64,000 nucleotides of DNA. It comes from Alphaproteobacteria bacterium. Lineage in GTDB: Bacteria; Pseudomonadota; Alphaproteobacteria; UBA7879. This document shows positions 41,212-50,524 of the stretch, in pieces (within the stretch, counting starts at the first letter, position 1; every line of letters starts with the position of its first letter). The DNA lies in contig CBCXTT010000003.1 in the NCBI GenBank assembly GCA_965178295.1, positions 88,114 to 152,113 of the forward strand. The letters run 5' to 3'. The position numbers and the translations under genes are program-made. A model generated the notes under the pieces. The model was not told the origin of the DNA. It saw nothing but the letters and a program-made list of their open reading frames with translations, and did not search any database.

Positions 41212-42885
41212 CTATTCACACTCCCCCACTTCTTTTGTTGCGTACCCTTGATATGTATCGAGCCATTTTTTTTCTTCTTTTGAGAGCGCGCTTCTATCAA
41301 TTAAATTTTCGTCAAATGGTACATATGTAAGTGTTTCAAAGGAACGCATTTTTGTGCCATTGACCTTCTGTTCCACAACAAGCATCAAATTTTCAAGCCT
41401 GATACCGTACTGGCCTTTCAAGTACAGACCGGGCTCATTAGACAAAATCATGCCGAGTTCTAGGACCGTATCGTTTGATCTGGGCGCAATGCTTTGCGGG
41501 CCTTCGTGTACAGATAAATAATGCCCAACGCCATGACCGGTGCTGTGACCAAAATTAAGGCCAGCGCGCCATAAAAACTGTCGGGCTAAGACATCGAGTT
41601 GTGCGCCTGTTGTTCCTTTTGGAAATACGGCCATTGCAAGGGCAATATGTCCTTTGAGTACAAGAGTGTAGTGGTGTTTTTGGATACTTGTTGCCTGGCC
41701 ACCAATAATAAAAGTGCGGGTAATATCTGTTGTCCCAAGATCAAAATATTGCCCACCTGAGTCTACTAAATACATGTCACCGCTTTTAATGGCCGCATTG
41801 TTTTTTTCTGTTGGCTGATAGTGGGGGAGTGCTGCATTTGATCCAGATGCTGATATTGTATTAAAGCTAAGCATATGAAGCGCTTTTGATGTACGTCTAA
41901 ATTCTTCCAGCTTGCGCGCTGCAGAAATTTCTGTTTCCTTACCTGATGAACCATTAGCTTCAAGCCATTGTAAGAATTTTCTCATAGCAATTCCGTCTAA
42001 GCGCTGCGCTTCTTTCATGCCAGAAATTTCTGTTGCATTTTTGCATGCTTTGGGCAGCGCACAAGGGTCTGGGCCTAAGGTGGGTTGTTCACGAAACATA
42101 TTTAATATGGCAACAGGGGTCGCTGGTGTGACAAGGCACCGTGTCGCCCTGGATAAAATGTGCGGCATATCATTAAAGGAGTGCAGAGAAACATTTGAAG
42201 GAAGCTGAGGGTAATCTTTAGGTTTACTAAAAAGGTTAACGCGACCATCCTTGTGAAGTAGAGTGTAGCAAAGAACGACTGGCGTGTTTGGAATGTCGCT
42301 CCCTCGCATGTTGAGCAACCAACAACTGGATGTTATATCAACAAAAAACGCAGTATCAACAGACCATTGTGCGAGATACTTTCCAATGCGCATGCATTTA
42401 CTCTTGATGGTGGTCCCCGTGCTATGTATAGAAAGTAAGGAAACGGGGCCACCAGTTTCTTCTGGGCGACTTTTCCACAGAGCATCAATTGGATTAGGGG
42501 CAATAGGTTGTGCACGCCCTGCTTGTTGAATGATGACATCTAAGCTGTGTTGTGTATGGAGCCAAGGATCAAATCCCACAGTTTTGTCTTGCAGAGTATT
42601 TTGTATGGCCCAACAATTAAAATCTGTTTCTGTATAGGACCTAATTTCAAAATCGGGGGCTTGTGCGTGCGCTTGAAGTGTGTAGCGACTATCCACAAAA
42701 AGCGTTGCTTTATTATGTTCGACTATCGCAAAACCTGCGGAGCCTGTGAATCCGCTTACCCAAGCGAGGCGTTGATCATGGGGCGGAACAAATTCATTTT
42801 GAAATTGGTCTGACGTTGGAACAAGAAATGCATCAATCTCAAGAGATGTAAGCTTGTTTTGCAGGTCAAACAAATGCGAATTCAT
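41212..42885 (-). CDS. Aminopeptidase P family protein (M24B Xaa-Pro aminopeptidase with an N-terminal creatinase-like domain)
   Basis: M24 metal-binding residues in context (…HSTGHGVGHYLSVHEGP…LSNEPGLY…); 557 aa. Confidence 0.75.
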   Translation of the reverse strand: MNSHLFDLQNKLTSLEIDAFLVPTSDQFQNEFVPPHDQRLAWVSGFTGSAGFAIVEHNKATLFVDSRYTLQAHAQAPDFEIRSYTETDFNCWAIQNTLQDKTVGFDPWLHTQHSLDVIIQQAGRAQPIAPNPIDALWKSRPEETGGPVSLLSIHSTGTTIKSKCMRIGKYLAQWSVDTAFFVDITSSCWLLNMRGSDIPNTPVVLCYTLLHKDGRVNLFSKPKDYPQLPSNVSLHSFNDMPHILSRATRCLVTPATPVAILNMFREQPTLGPDPCALPKACKNATEISGMKEAQRLDGIAMRKFLQWLEANGSSGKETEISAARKLEEFRRTSKALHMLSFNTISASGSNAALPHYQPTEKNNAAIKSGDMYLVDSGGQYFDLGTTDITRTFIIGGQATSIQKHHYTLVLKGHIALAMAVFPKGTTGAQLDVLARQFLWRAGLNFGHSTGHGVGHYLSVHEGPQSIAPRSNDTVLELGMILSNEPGLYLKGQYGIRLENLMLVVEQKVNGTKMRSFETLTYVPFDENLIDRSALSKEEKKWLDTYQGYATKEVGECE

Positions 42886-43730
42886 AAAGGCTTCTCCAAA
42901 ATAAGAGTTGTCCAGTTGTTGATATCAAATCGATGTCTGCAGATGAGCCCATGCTTTTTGTGAGTTTGTAGCACTGGATAAAATTGGGCCTCTAACATGC
43001 CTGATAAAACGGCGTATCCACCTGGATTAAGATAGCGGGACAAATCTAGGGACATATCAATTAGTTGCTTTGATAAAATATTTTCCATGATAAGATCAAG
43101 TTTTTTATCCACCTGTTGGTATCCATTGCTTAGACGGGCTTCAACAGTCGGTGTGTTGTTTGTAATTGCATTTTCAGCTGTTGTTACAATAGAGGCCGGG
43201 TCAAAGTCACAGGCTAAAACAGGAATAGACCATAGGCGGGCGATGGCTATTGCAAGAATGCCTGAGCCACATCCCATATCTAAGGCGTTGTGAAAGGCGC
43301 GCTTTTTGGCTAACCAGTCTAGCCCCAATAAACATCCTTGCGTTGTTTCATGCTTACCACTTCCAAAAACAACGGATGCCTCAATTTCAAGATTGATGGT
43401 ATCTGTTGGTGGTACGATGTCAGCGTGAGCGCTATAGATAAAAAAACGACCGATACTGAGCGGAGGGAATTGTTGTCTATTTTCCTTAAGCCAATCTTTT
43501 TTAGGTAATATTTCTACATAAATAGGCCCTGATGGCTTAGGAAGACCAAAACATGTAAAGTGTTGCTCAAGTGTTAAAGCATCTATGGGGTGTGTAGCAA
43601 TCAGAGAAACATCTGTGTTTTTCTTCTTTGGGAAGTCTGCCCATGATGCTGTCAGGTTAAGCTCATTTGTCATGCTAGAAAGACGTTTCAGGAGGTCTTG
43701 AGGATATGCAAAGGTTAGTTGAGTTAACAC
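42882..43730 (-). CDS. prmA: Ribosomal protein L11 methyltransferase
   Basis: SAM-binding motif LDMGCGSGILAIAIARL, an FDPAS-type motif and a PrmA-like N-terminus. Confidence 0.75.
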   Translation of the reverse strand: MLTQLTFAYPQDLLKRLSSMTNELNLTASWADFPKKKNTDVSLIATHPIDALTLEQHFTCFGLPKPSGPIYVEILPKKDWLKENRQQFPPLSIGRFFIYSAHADIVPPTDTINLEIEASVVFGSGKHETTQGCLLGLDWLAKKRAFHNALDMGCGSGILAIAIARLWSIPVLACDFDPASIVTTAENAITNNTPTVEARLSNGYQQVDKKLDLIMENILSKQLIDMSLDLSRYLNPGGYAVLSGMLEAQFYPVLQTHKKHGLICRHRFDINNWTTLILEKPL

Positions 43731-45916
43731 TAGATGCGCTCCAAAAATTTCTGCATAACACGCTTTTGACCTGCATGATCAAAATCTATGAGAGCGGCTT
43801 CTGTATCAACGGACTTAATTGCGCCATAGCCAAATTTCTGATGAAAGATACGCTCACCTAAATAAAATCCTTCTTTTAGCTCCGACACAGATTGCGCACC
43901 CATCTTTAGTTGTGGCGTGTTGCGATAGTGGCGCTGATTCTCCTCAGAGAGCCACGTAATATGCTCTTGAGGGATTTCGTCAATGAAGCGAGAGGGAGGA
44001 CTATTTTGCCATTGACCAAAATAATGACGATTCGTCGCAAAGGAAATATACGCGCGCTTCTTGGCACGCGTGAGGGCAACATAGGCAAGGCGCCTCTCTT
44101 CTTCTATTGATCCATCTTCATAAGAGCGGTTTGCAGGAAACAGTCCTTCTGACCAGCCACATAAGAACACATAATCAAATTCGAGCCCTTTTGCTGCGTG
44201 CATGGTCATTACCGTTACAACATTCTCATTTTTTTGTCTTGCATTTTCTATCATTAAACTTATATGCTCAATAAATTCTTCCAGGCTTTCGTATTGGGCG
44301 ATTGCCGACACAAGTTCTTTCAAGTTCTCAATGCGTCCCTGACTGTCAGCAGATTGATCCTGCTTCCACATTGCAATATAGCCCGTCTCTTCAAAAATAG
44401 ATTTTGCCAGCTCAGCAGGTGGAATCATTTCTTTTGAAAGTCCCCACTGTTTGATATGAGCGATAAGTGTTCTGAGACTGTATTGTGCTTTTCCTTTTAT
44501 CACATTTGTGTCCAAAAGCTGTTCTGCTGCAACCAAAAGAGAAATTTCATGAGCGCGCGCATGCGCGTGAATTAAGCGCATACAGCCAGGCCCGACACCG
44601 CGTCGAGGTGTATTAGCGATGCGCTCAAATGCAAGGCTATCGTTATGGTTAATGGACAAGCGAATATAGGAAACAGCATCTCGGATTTCTTGTCGCTCAT
44701 AAAAACGCATACTACCTACAATCTGATATGGTATGTCCATGCTCATGAAGCATTCTTCAAATTCGCGAGTTTGAAAACCCATGCGCACCAGGAGCGTTAT
44801 ATCAGATAAACGGTTTTTGCTACGCTGAAGTGCCTCAATTTCTTCGGCTGCCCAGCGTGCTTCCCCTCTGTTATCCCAAGTGTTTTTTACCATTATTTTT
44901 TCACCCGCAGGCTTAGCTGTCCAAAGTGTTTTTCCATGGCGATTTTCATTGTGATAAATGAGTCCGGAGGCAGCGCCTAAAATATGACTTGTTGAGCGAT
45001 AATTTTGCTCCAATTTTACAACTTTAGAACCCGGAAAATCATGCTCAAATCTCAAGATATTTCCCACTTCTGCGCCGCGCCAGCCATAAATAGATTGATC
45101 ATCATCCCCTACGCAGCAAATGTTTTTTCTGGTCTGAGATAACATGCGCAGCCAAAGATATTGGGCGATGTTAGTGTCCTGGTATTCATCTACCAGGATG
45201 TAGTGAAATTGGTCCTGAAAGCACTGTAAGATATCATTATGTTCCATGAAGATTTGGATCATGTGCAGAAGTAAATTGCTGAAGTCAACAGCATCCAAGT
45301 TCTTGAGTCGTTCTTCATAAATTTGATAAAGACGTCTGGCGACACTTGCGTGCTTATACTTACAATCTATGTCAGAAAGTTTATGGGGAAATAACGCACG
45401 GTCTTTCCAACTTGAAATAATGCCTAATATTACTTTCGCATTTTCCTTTCGATCATCGAGTTCTTCTTCTTTTAATATTTGGCGCATTGTGCGTATCTGA
45501 TCATCACTATTCAGAATAGTGTATTGACTGCTTAGGCCAACCAGTTCTGCATTCTGGCGCAGCATTCTTGCACAAATTCCATGAAAGGTACCGATCCAAA
45601 AGCCTTGCATGGATTGTCCGAAAAGATCTTCGGTGCGTGCACGCATTTCTGTTGCGGCCTTATTGGTAAAAGTAACGGCTAAGATCTGACTTGGCCATGC
45701 TTTGTCTTGAGTGAGGATTTCTGTGATGCGACTAATGAGCACCCGTGTTTTTCCCGTTCCCGCGCCTGCTAAGACGAGCAGAGGCCCATCTATCGTTGTG
45801 ACTGCTTCGCATTGTGGTTGGTTAAGATCTTCCAGGTGACGAGACACTGTTGGTCGATGCTGGGGAATGATTTCTGTCACGTAAGTTTCTCGCATGCTAC
45901 TTTTATGCGATTGCAT
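43730..45916 (-). CDS. uvrD: UvrD/Rep/PcrA-family ATP-dependent DNA helicase
   Basis: Helicase motif I AGAGTGKTRVL, motif II VDEYQDTN and other SF1 motifs; 728 aa. Confidence 0.75.
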   Translation of the reverse strand: MQSHKSSMRETYVTEIIPQHRPTVSRHLEDLNQPQCEAVTTIDGPLLVLAGAGTGKTRVLISRITEILTQDKAWPSQILAVTFTNKAATEMRARTEDLFGQSMQGFWIGTFHGICARMLRQNAELVGLSSQYTILNSDDQIRTMRQILKEEELDDRKENAKVILGIISSWKDRALFPHKLSDIDCKYKHASVARRLYQIYEERLKNLDAVDFSNLLLHMIQIFMEHNDILQCFQDQFHYILVDEYQDTNIAQYLWLRMLSQTRKNICCVGDDDQSIYGWRGAEVGNILRFEHDFPGSKVVKLEQNYRSTSHILGAASGLIYHNENRHGKTLWTAKPAGEKIMVKNTWDNRGEARWAAEEIEALQRSKNRLSDITLLVRMGFQTREFEECFMSMDIPYQIVGSMRFYERQEIRDAVSYIRLSINHNDSLAFERIANTPRRGVGPGCMRLIHAHARAHEISLLVAAEQLLDTNVIKGKAQYSLRTLIAHIKQWGLSKEMIPPAELAKSIFEETGYIAMWKQDQSADSQGRIENLKELVSAIAQYESLEEFIEHISLMIENARQKNENVVTVMTMHAAKGLEFDYVFLCGWSEGLFPANRSYEDGSIEEERRLAYVALTRAKKRAYISFATNRHYFGQWQNSPPSRFIDEIPQEHITWLSEENQRHYRNTPQLKMGAQSVSELKEGFYLGERIFHQKFGYGAIKSVDTEAALIDFDHAGQKRVMQKFLERI

Positions 45917-47079
45917 CCACTAATTAATATATTGTCATGCGCTGCATAGGATAGGCGGAAGTATGGAGACAGTCCAAATGCAACACCTGGAACAACAGCA
46001 ACTCCCGCCTCTTCCAGTAGATATGTCGCAAAGTCTATGTCACTCTTAATTTTTTGCCCTTTTGGTGTCGTTTTTCCGATCAATTTTTTACAAGATGGAT
46101 ATACATAAAAAGCACCCGGTGGTGCAGGGCACTCCAATCCAGCAATACTATTGAGCATATTAATCACTAGATCTCGTCGTTGTTTAAAAAGGGTATTATA
46201 TGTCTTTAGACAGTCTTGTGCGCCGTTTAACGCTTCAACCGCAGCATACTGTGCAACAGATGTGGGGTGTGATGTGCTCTGGGACTGCAGCTTTGACATG
46301 GCTTGAATGATGTTTTTGGGCCCACCTGCATATCCAATTCTCCATCCGGTCATGGCATATGCTTTTGAAACCCCATTGATGACAACAACCCTACTCTTAA
46401 GAGAGGGGACCGCCTCTGCAAAAGTATAGTATTTCTCACTGTTGTAGCGAATATGTTCATAAATATCATCAGACATAATATATACATTGGGATGTGCAGC
46501 CAATACAGCACCCAACGCACGTAGTTCTTGTGGATTATAAATTCCACCCGTAGGGTTATTTGGCGAATTTAGCATGAGCCACTTTGTTTTCTTGGTTAGA
46601 TGTCGCTCAAGATTTTCTGGGGTGAGTTTGGCGTGATCTTGCTCGCTACATCTTGCAATCACAGGAGTGCCTTCTGCCAATGTTACCATGGCTGGATAAG
46701 AAGGCCAATAAGGTGCAGGGATAATAACCTCATCTCCTGGATTCACTGTTGACATGATTGTATTGAAAAGAATATGTTTCGCACCGCTGCCGATAATGAT
46801 TTCGTTATTCTCATAATCGAGGTTATTATCACGCTTAAATTTTTTCGCAACAGCAGTTTTGAGATCGGAGATTCCGTCCACAGCTGTATACTTGTTGTAG
46901 CCTGCATGAATAGCGTTAATAGCAAAGTTTTGTATATTTTTAGGTGTGTCAAAATCAGGCTCGCCTGCGCTTAAGCTGATAATACTGTTGCCCTCGGCTT
47001 TTAATTCTTGGGCTTTATGCGTAACACTGAGTGTTGCTGATGGTTTTATATTGGTTATGCGTCGTGCAAGTATGGACAT
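45877..47079 (-). CDS. aatA: Pyridoxal-phosphate-dependent aminotransferase class I (aspartate aminotransferase-like)
   Basis: …LSAGEPDFDTP…, and a PLP lysine in the …SKAYAMTGWRIGY… context. Confidence 0.75.
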   Translation of the reverse strand: MSILARRITNIKPSATLSVTHKAQELKAEGNSIISLSAGEPDFDTPKNIQNFAINAIHAGYNKYTAVDGISDLKTAVAKKFKRDNNLDYENNEIIIGSGAKHILFNTIMSTVNPGDEVIIPAPYWPSYPAMVTLAEGTPVIARCSEQDHAKLTPENLERHLTKKTKWLMLNSPNNPTGGIYNPQELRALGAVLAAHPNVYIMSDDIYEHIRYNSEKYYTFAEAVPSLKSRVVVINGVSKAYAMTGWRIGYAGGPKNIIQAMSKLQSQSTSHPTSVAQYAAVEALNGAQDCLKTYNTLFKQRRDLVINMLNSIAGLECPAPPGAFYVYPSCKKLIGKTTPKGQKIKSDIDFATYLLEEAGVAVVPGVAFGLSPYFRLSYAAHDNILISGCNRIKVACEKLT

Positions 47080-47264
47080 GGAGAAGACCTCAATTTTATT
47101 TCCTTACTATATCTTGTACGTCAATATGCGAAATGCAAACAAAAGAAAAAATTTTTATGCGAGCAAGGTGACAATGATAATACCACAAATTGTGACATGT
47201 CAGTAGTCAAAATCACGATCACCTGTGAGGTCTATATTATTTTATCATAAATTCCAACATATTC

Positions 47265-47276
47265 GGGGGGGGGGGG
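47265..47276. repeat. G12 homopolymer in a ~1-kb divergent intergenic region. A C7 run lies at 47418-47424 and further G/C runs near 47526-47549 and 47770-47775.
   Basis: Counted directly from the sequence. Confidence 0.9.
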
Positions 47277-48064
47277 TAAAGAATATATTGCACGGTGCGC
47301 TTCGTTGTGTCACACGCTGCAACCAGCTATATACATAATACGGGCGACACAAGATAATATTTTGTGTAGGAAAATATTGGTCGTCAGCAACAACATAGAA
47401 TCACACATACGTTCTTACCCCCCCTGTTGTCGAAAGCCTTTAGTGCAACATTGAGGAATCTTTTTTATTCTTTCTAGTATTGAGCGCATTGTTTCTCAAT
47501 ATCCCATCATAGCGGATCTAATATACCCCCAAGCAGGGAGGGGAGGGGGCTCACACAAGATGCTGGTTGCGATGCTGAACAAAGAAAGCATAGATGATAA
47601 GGTTTCACACCTACGAGGATGAATTTGCAACTGCTCTCTTTTCATAAAATCTATGGTGCGTAACCCAATCCATACAACACTGATGCATAATCAAATGGTT
47701 GGTGCAATTTTTCAGATGCGTCACCCAAAACGATCTGTGATGAGAAAAAGATGGCTGGGTAGGAGTGAAGGGGGGTATTGTTGAATGAAGTATGGCTTGA
47801 GCGATCCTAAAAGATTGAGCGTACATTCTTATACGCTGCTGCACACTATCCCGTATCAACACGTAAGAAGTGACAGTAAAACTATAGATGTATAGTTCCA
47901 TATCAACGTTTATATGGCAAAAAATGTCCTGAAAATACGCAAAACCTTATGTGTTTTTGGACAGCATGAGTAAGTGGGTTTATTATAGGGAAATATATGA
48001 AATAGATAGAGGAATAAGACCCTTATTCCAGAGTATGGCGACGTGAGACGAGACAGAAATTTAA

Positions 48065-48757
48065 TTGTGTTTTTCTACAAAATATGACTATATTTATTTC
48101 AAGATGATTATCGGCAAATTAATGTCTGTTTATGCGCAAGGGGTATTCAAAGTGAAAGCGACACGTATTGTGCTATGGTTGTTAATAGTTGTAGCACTTG
48201 TGTGGGCTGGTCTTACCTATATGCGACAGACGAAACCTTCTCCCACCCCTGCGGTGGAGACGGGTATATCTTTGATAGGTGGTCCGTTTGCGCTCATTGA
48301 TCAAAAAGGGCGCGTGCGAACAGACAAGGATTTTAAAAATAAGTATATGCTTGTGTATTTTGGTTACAGTTATTGCCCCGATATTTGTCCCACTGGACTT
48401 CAAGCAATTACAGATGCTATGGAAGGGTTAGGGGGTGACGCTCAATCTGTTCAACCTATCTTCATATCAGTTGATCCTGAACGTGACACGCCCGAACAAC
48501 TTGCGTCATACATGGAGAATTTTAACCCGCGCTTCATCGCATTGACAGGGTCAAAGGCGCAAGTAGAGGACGCGATGAAGCAGTACCGTGTTTTTGCTCA
48601 ACAAGCAGATGATCCGGGGAGCGAGAATACCGAATATTTGATTGATCATTCGTCAATTGTATATTTGATGGCGCCTGGAGGGGAGCATGTTGCGCACTTT
48701 ACTCATGCAACACCTGCATCAGAAATGGTTGAAGGGATCAAAAAGCATTTAAGGTAA
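48065..48757 (+). CDS. SCO1/SenC family copper chaperone (thioredoxin fold). The true start is probably an internal Met (48104 or 48122).
   Basis: TM anchor, then the CPDICP (CxxxC) copper-binding motif and a conserved His region. Confidence 0.7.
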   Translation: MCFSTKYDYIYFKMIIGKLMSVYAQGVFKVKATRIVLWLLIVVALVWAGLTYMRQTKPSPTPAVETGISLIGGPFALIDQKGRVRTDKDFKNKYMLVYFGYSYCPDICPTGLQAITDAMEGLGGDAQSVQPIFISVDPERDTPEQLASYMENFNPRFIALTGSKAQVEDAMKQYRVFAQQADDPGSENTEYLIDHSSIVYLMAPGGEHVAHFTHATPASEMVEGIKKHLR

Positions 48758-48831
48758 ACAAGGAAGAAGGATGTCTTGTTACACATAATATGTGTTGCCT
48801 GAGAACAATCATTAAGCAATAGGGACTAAAT

Positions 48832-50493
48832 TTGAGGAAGCATGTGTTAGCAGCGTTGATGTGTTGTAGCCTGTCTAAGGCGAGCGTTGCAGCAGATGTC
48901 ACGAAAGCAACTCAAGTGGCGCAAAAAATTTTCAATAAAGGGCCAACGTTTCAAGCGAAGATGCGTCCAAATGTTGTCCAGGCAATAGAAGAAAAGGGGG
49001 TGGATATTGAGGCAAGAGACTTTGGGTTGCCTGTAAAAAAAATCACACTTAACCATGCAATGGTGCATAGTGGCGCACTGGCTGATTTGAAACAGGCGTA
49101 TGAAGGCCGTTCGCACTCGTTCGAAGAGCTGAGCCTTCTTGCTAAAAGAATGACTCGACGATGTCGTGCAGACGGCGTGATGCTGTGTAATATTTATTTG
49201 CCGACACAAGACGTTAAGGACGGCACAGTGAATCTAACGATGGTTGAGGGCTATGTTGATGCGGTTGTGTATCACGGGAAGACAGACCTAAAAAACCGTA
49301 ATGTTGAAAGTATTATGGACACTCTGCTCAACGCAAAGCCATTAACGGCTGAGGTGTTCGATCGTGCTTTAATGTTGATCAACGATTTACCAGGCGTGCA
49401 GGCACACATAACATTTGCACCTTCTAAACAAAATGAAGGGGCGACCATTGTACATGTGTGCTTAACAGAAGCTTTAGCGCATCTATCGGCAAGGCTTGAT
49501 AATGATGGAACAGAATCTCTAGGACCATGGCAATTTAAGGGACACATAACTGTTAATAACTTTATGGGGCATAATCAATCTTTATCTGTTGCATCTGCTA
49601 TTGTGCCAAAAAGTGCAGAAATGTATTTGTTTGCTCTAAACTACTCTGTGCCTGTGGTTTGGGATGGTTTGTATGTGGATGTTTCTGGGCAAATCATGCG
49701 CTCGCATCCTGGTGCTGAGCAGCGTTCTTTAGACATGCATGGTAAAAATGATCATATTACTTTTGGGGGCCACTATGCATTGGTGCGTTCTCAGTACACA
49801 ACCCTAACGCTTGGGGCGACCGTGACAATAAAGAATGCCGATGATCATGTGCGCTCCTCTGGACGGAAGACGCGGGATCATTTGAGGATTTTTGAGATGC
49901 ATTCTGTTTTAGATTTTTCTGATAAATTTTGGGGAAAAAACCAAATAAGAGGAGCGATTGTCAAAGGTTTGTCTGGGTTCGGGTCTACTAAAAATGGCAG
50001 TCTTCACTCTAGAATTTCAGGTGATGTGAATTTTGTAAAACTAGATTATCTGGTGACACGCTACCAAGACTGGGGACGCGGGCTTTCGGGTTTATTTATT
50101 TTCCGCGGGCAATATTCTATGAATCCACTTTTAGACACTGAGCGCTTTGGGTTAGGCGGCCCACCGTACAATAGAGCGTACCCGACAGCAACATTTACTG
50201 GAGATAGTGGATTTGAACTCCGTCTTGAAGTGCAGTATGCATTTCCAGACGCGCCCGTGGCAGAAAGGATGGCGGTCTATGCATTTTATACACATGGACA
50301 CGTGCGTAATCTAAGACCACTGGCGGATGAAAAGAAGTGCTATAAACTTAATGGGATGGGGCTAGGCGTGCAATCGAAGTTAATGTCCTTCTTAAGCAGC
50401 TCTCTTGAATACACTGTACCATTGAAGAAAAAATTCTCAGGAGGCAAAAAAGTAAAAAATAAAATTTATTTTGGCCTCAGCGTAGATCTTTAA
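48832..50493 (+). CDS. Two-partner secretion outer-membrane transporter TpsB (ShlB/FhaC/HecB family)
   Basis: Signal peptide. POTRA-region motif …IYLPTQDVKDGTVNLTMVEGYVD…. C-terminal beta-barrel with an L6-like motif (GLGGPPYNRAY), which I read as a divergent GGxxSVRGY. Confidence 0.7.
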   Translation: MRKHVLAALMCCSLSKASVAADVTKATQVAQKIFNKGPTFQAKMRPNVVQAIEEKGVDIEARDFGLPVKKITLNHAMVHSGALADLKQAYEGRSHSFEELSLLAKRMTRRCRADGVMLCNIYLPTQDVKDGTVNLTMVEGYVDAVVYHGKTDLKNRNVESIMDTLLNAKPLTAEVFDRALMLINDLPGVQAHITFAPSKQNEGATIVHVCLTEALAHLSARLDNDGTESLGPWQFKGHITVNNFMGHNQSLSVASAIVPKSAEMYLFALNYSVPVVWDGLYVDVSGQIMRSHPGAEQRSLDMHGKNDHITFGGHYALVRSQYTTLTLGATVTIKNADDHVRSSGRKTRDHLRIFEMHSVLDFSDKFWGKNQIRGAIVKGLSGFGSTKNGSLHSRISGDVNFVKLDYLVTRYQDWGRGLSGLFIFRGQYSMNPLLDTERFGLGGPPYNRAYPTATFTGDSGFELRLEVQYAFPDAPVAERMAVYAFYTHGHVRNLRPLADEKKCYKLNGMGLGVQSKLMSFLSSSLEYTVPLKKKFSGGKKVKNKIYFGLSVDL

Positions 50494-50524
50494 AACAACA
50501 CGTATACCGAGGAAGGTCAAGGGA

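Noticed and set aside
47611-47901. 96-aa minus-strand ORF inside the homopolymer-rich intergenic kilobase
   Set aside because: No ribosome-binding site, an odd composition, and it sits in an AT-rich non-coding region. More likely noise than a gene.
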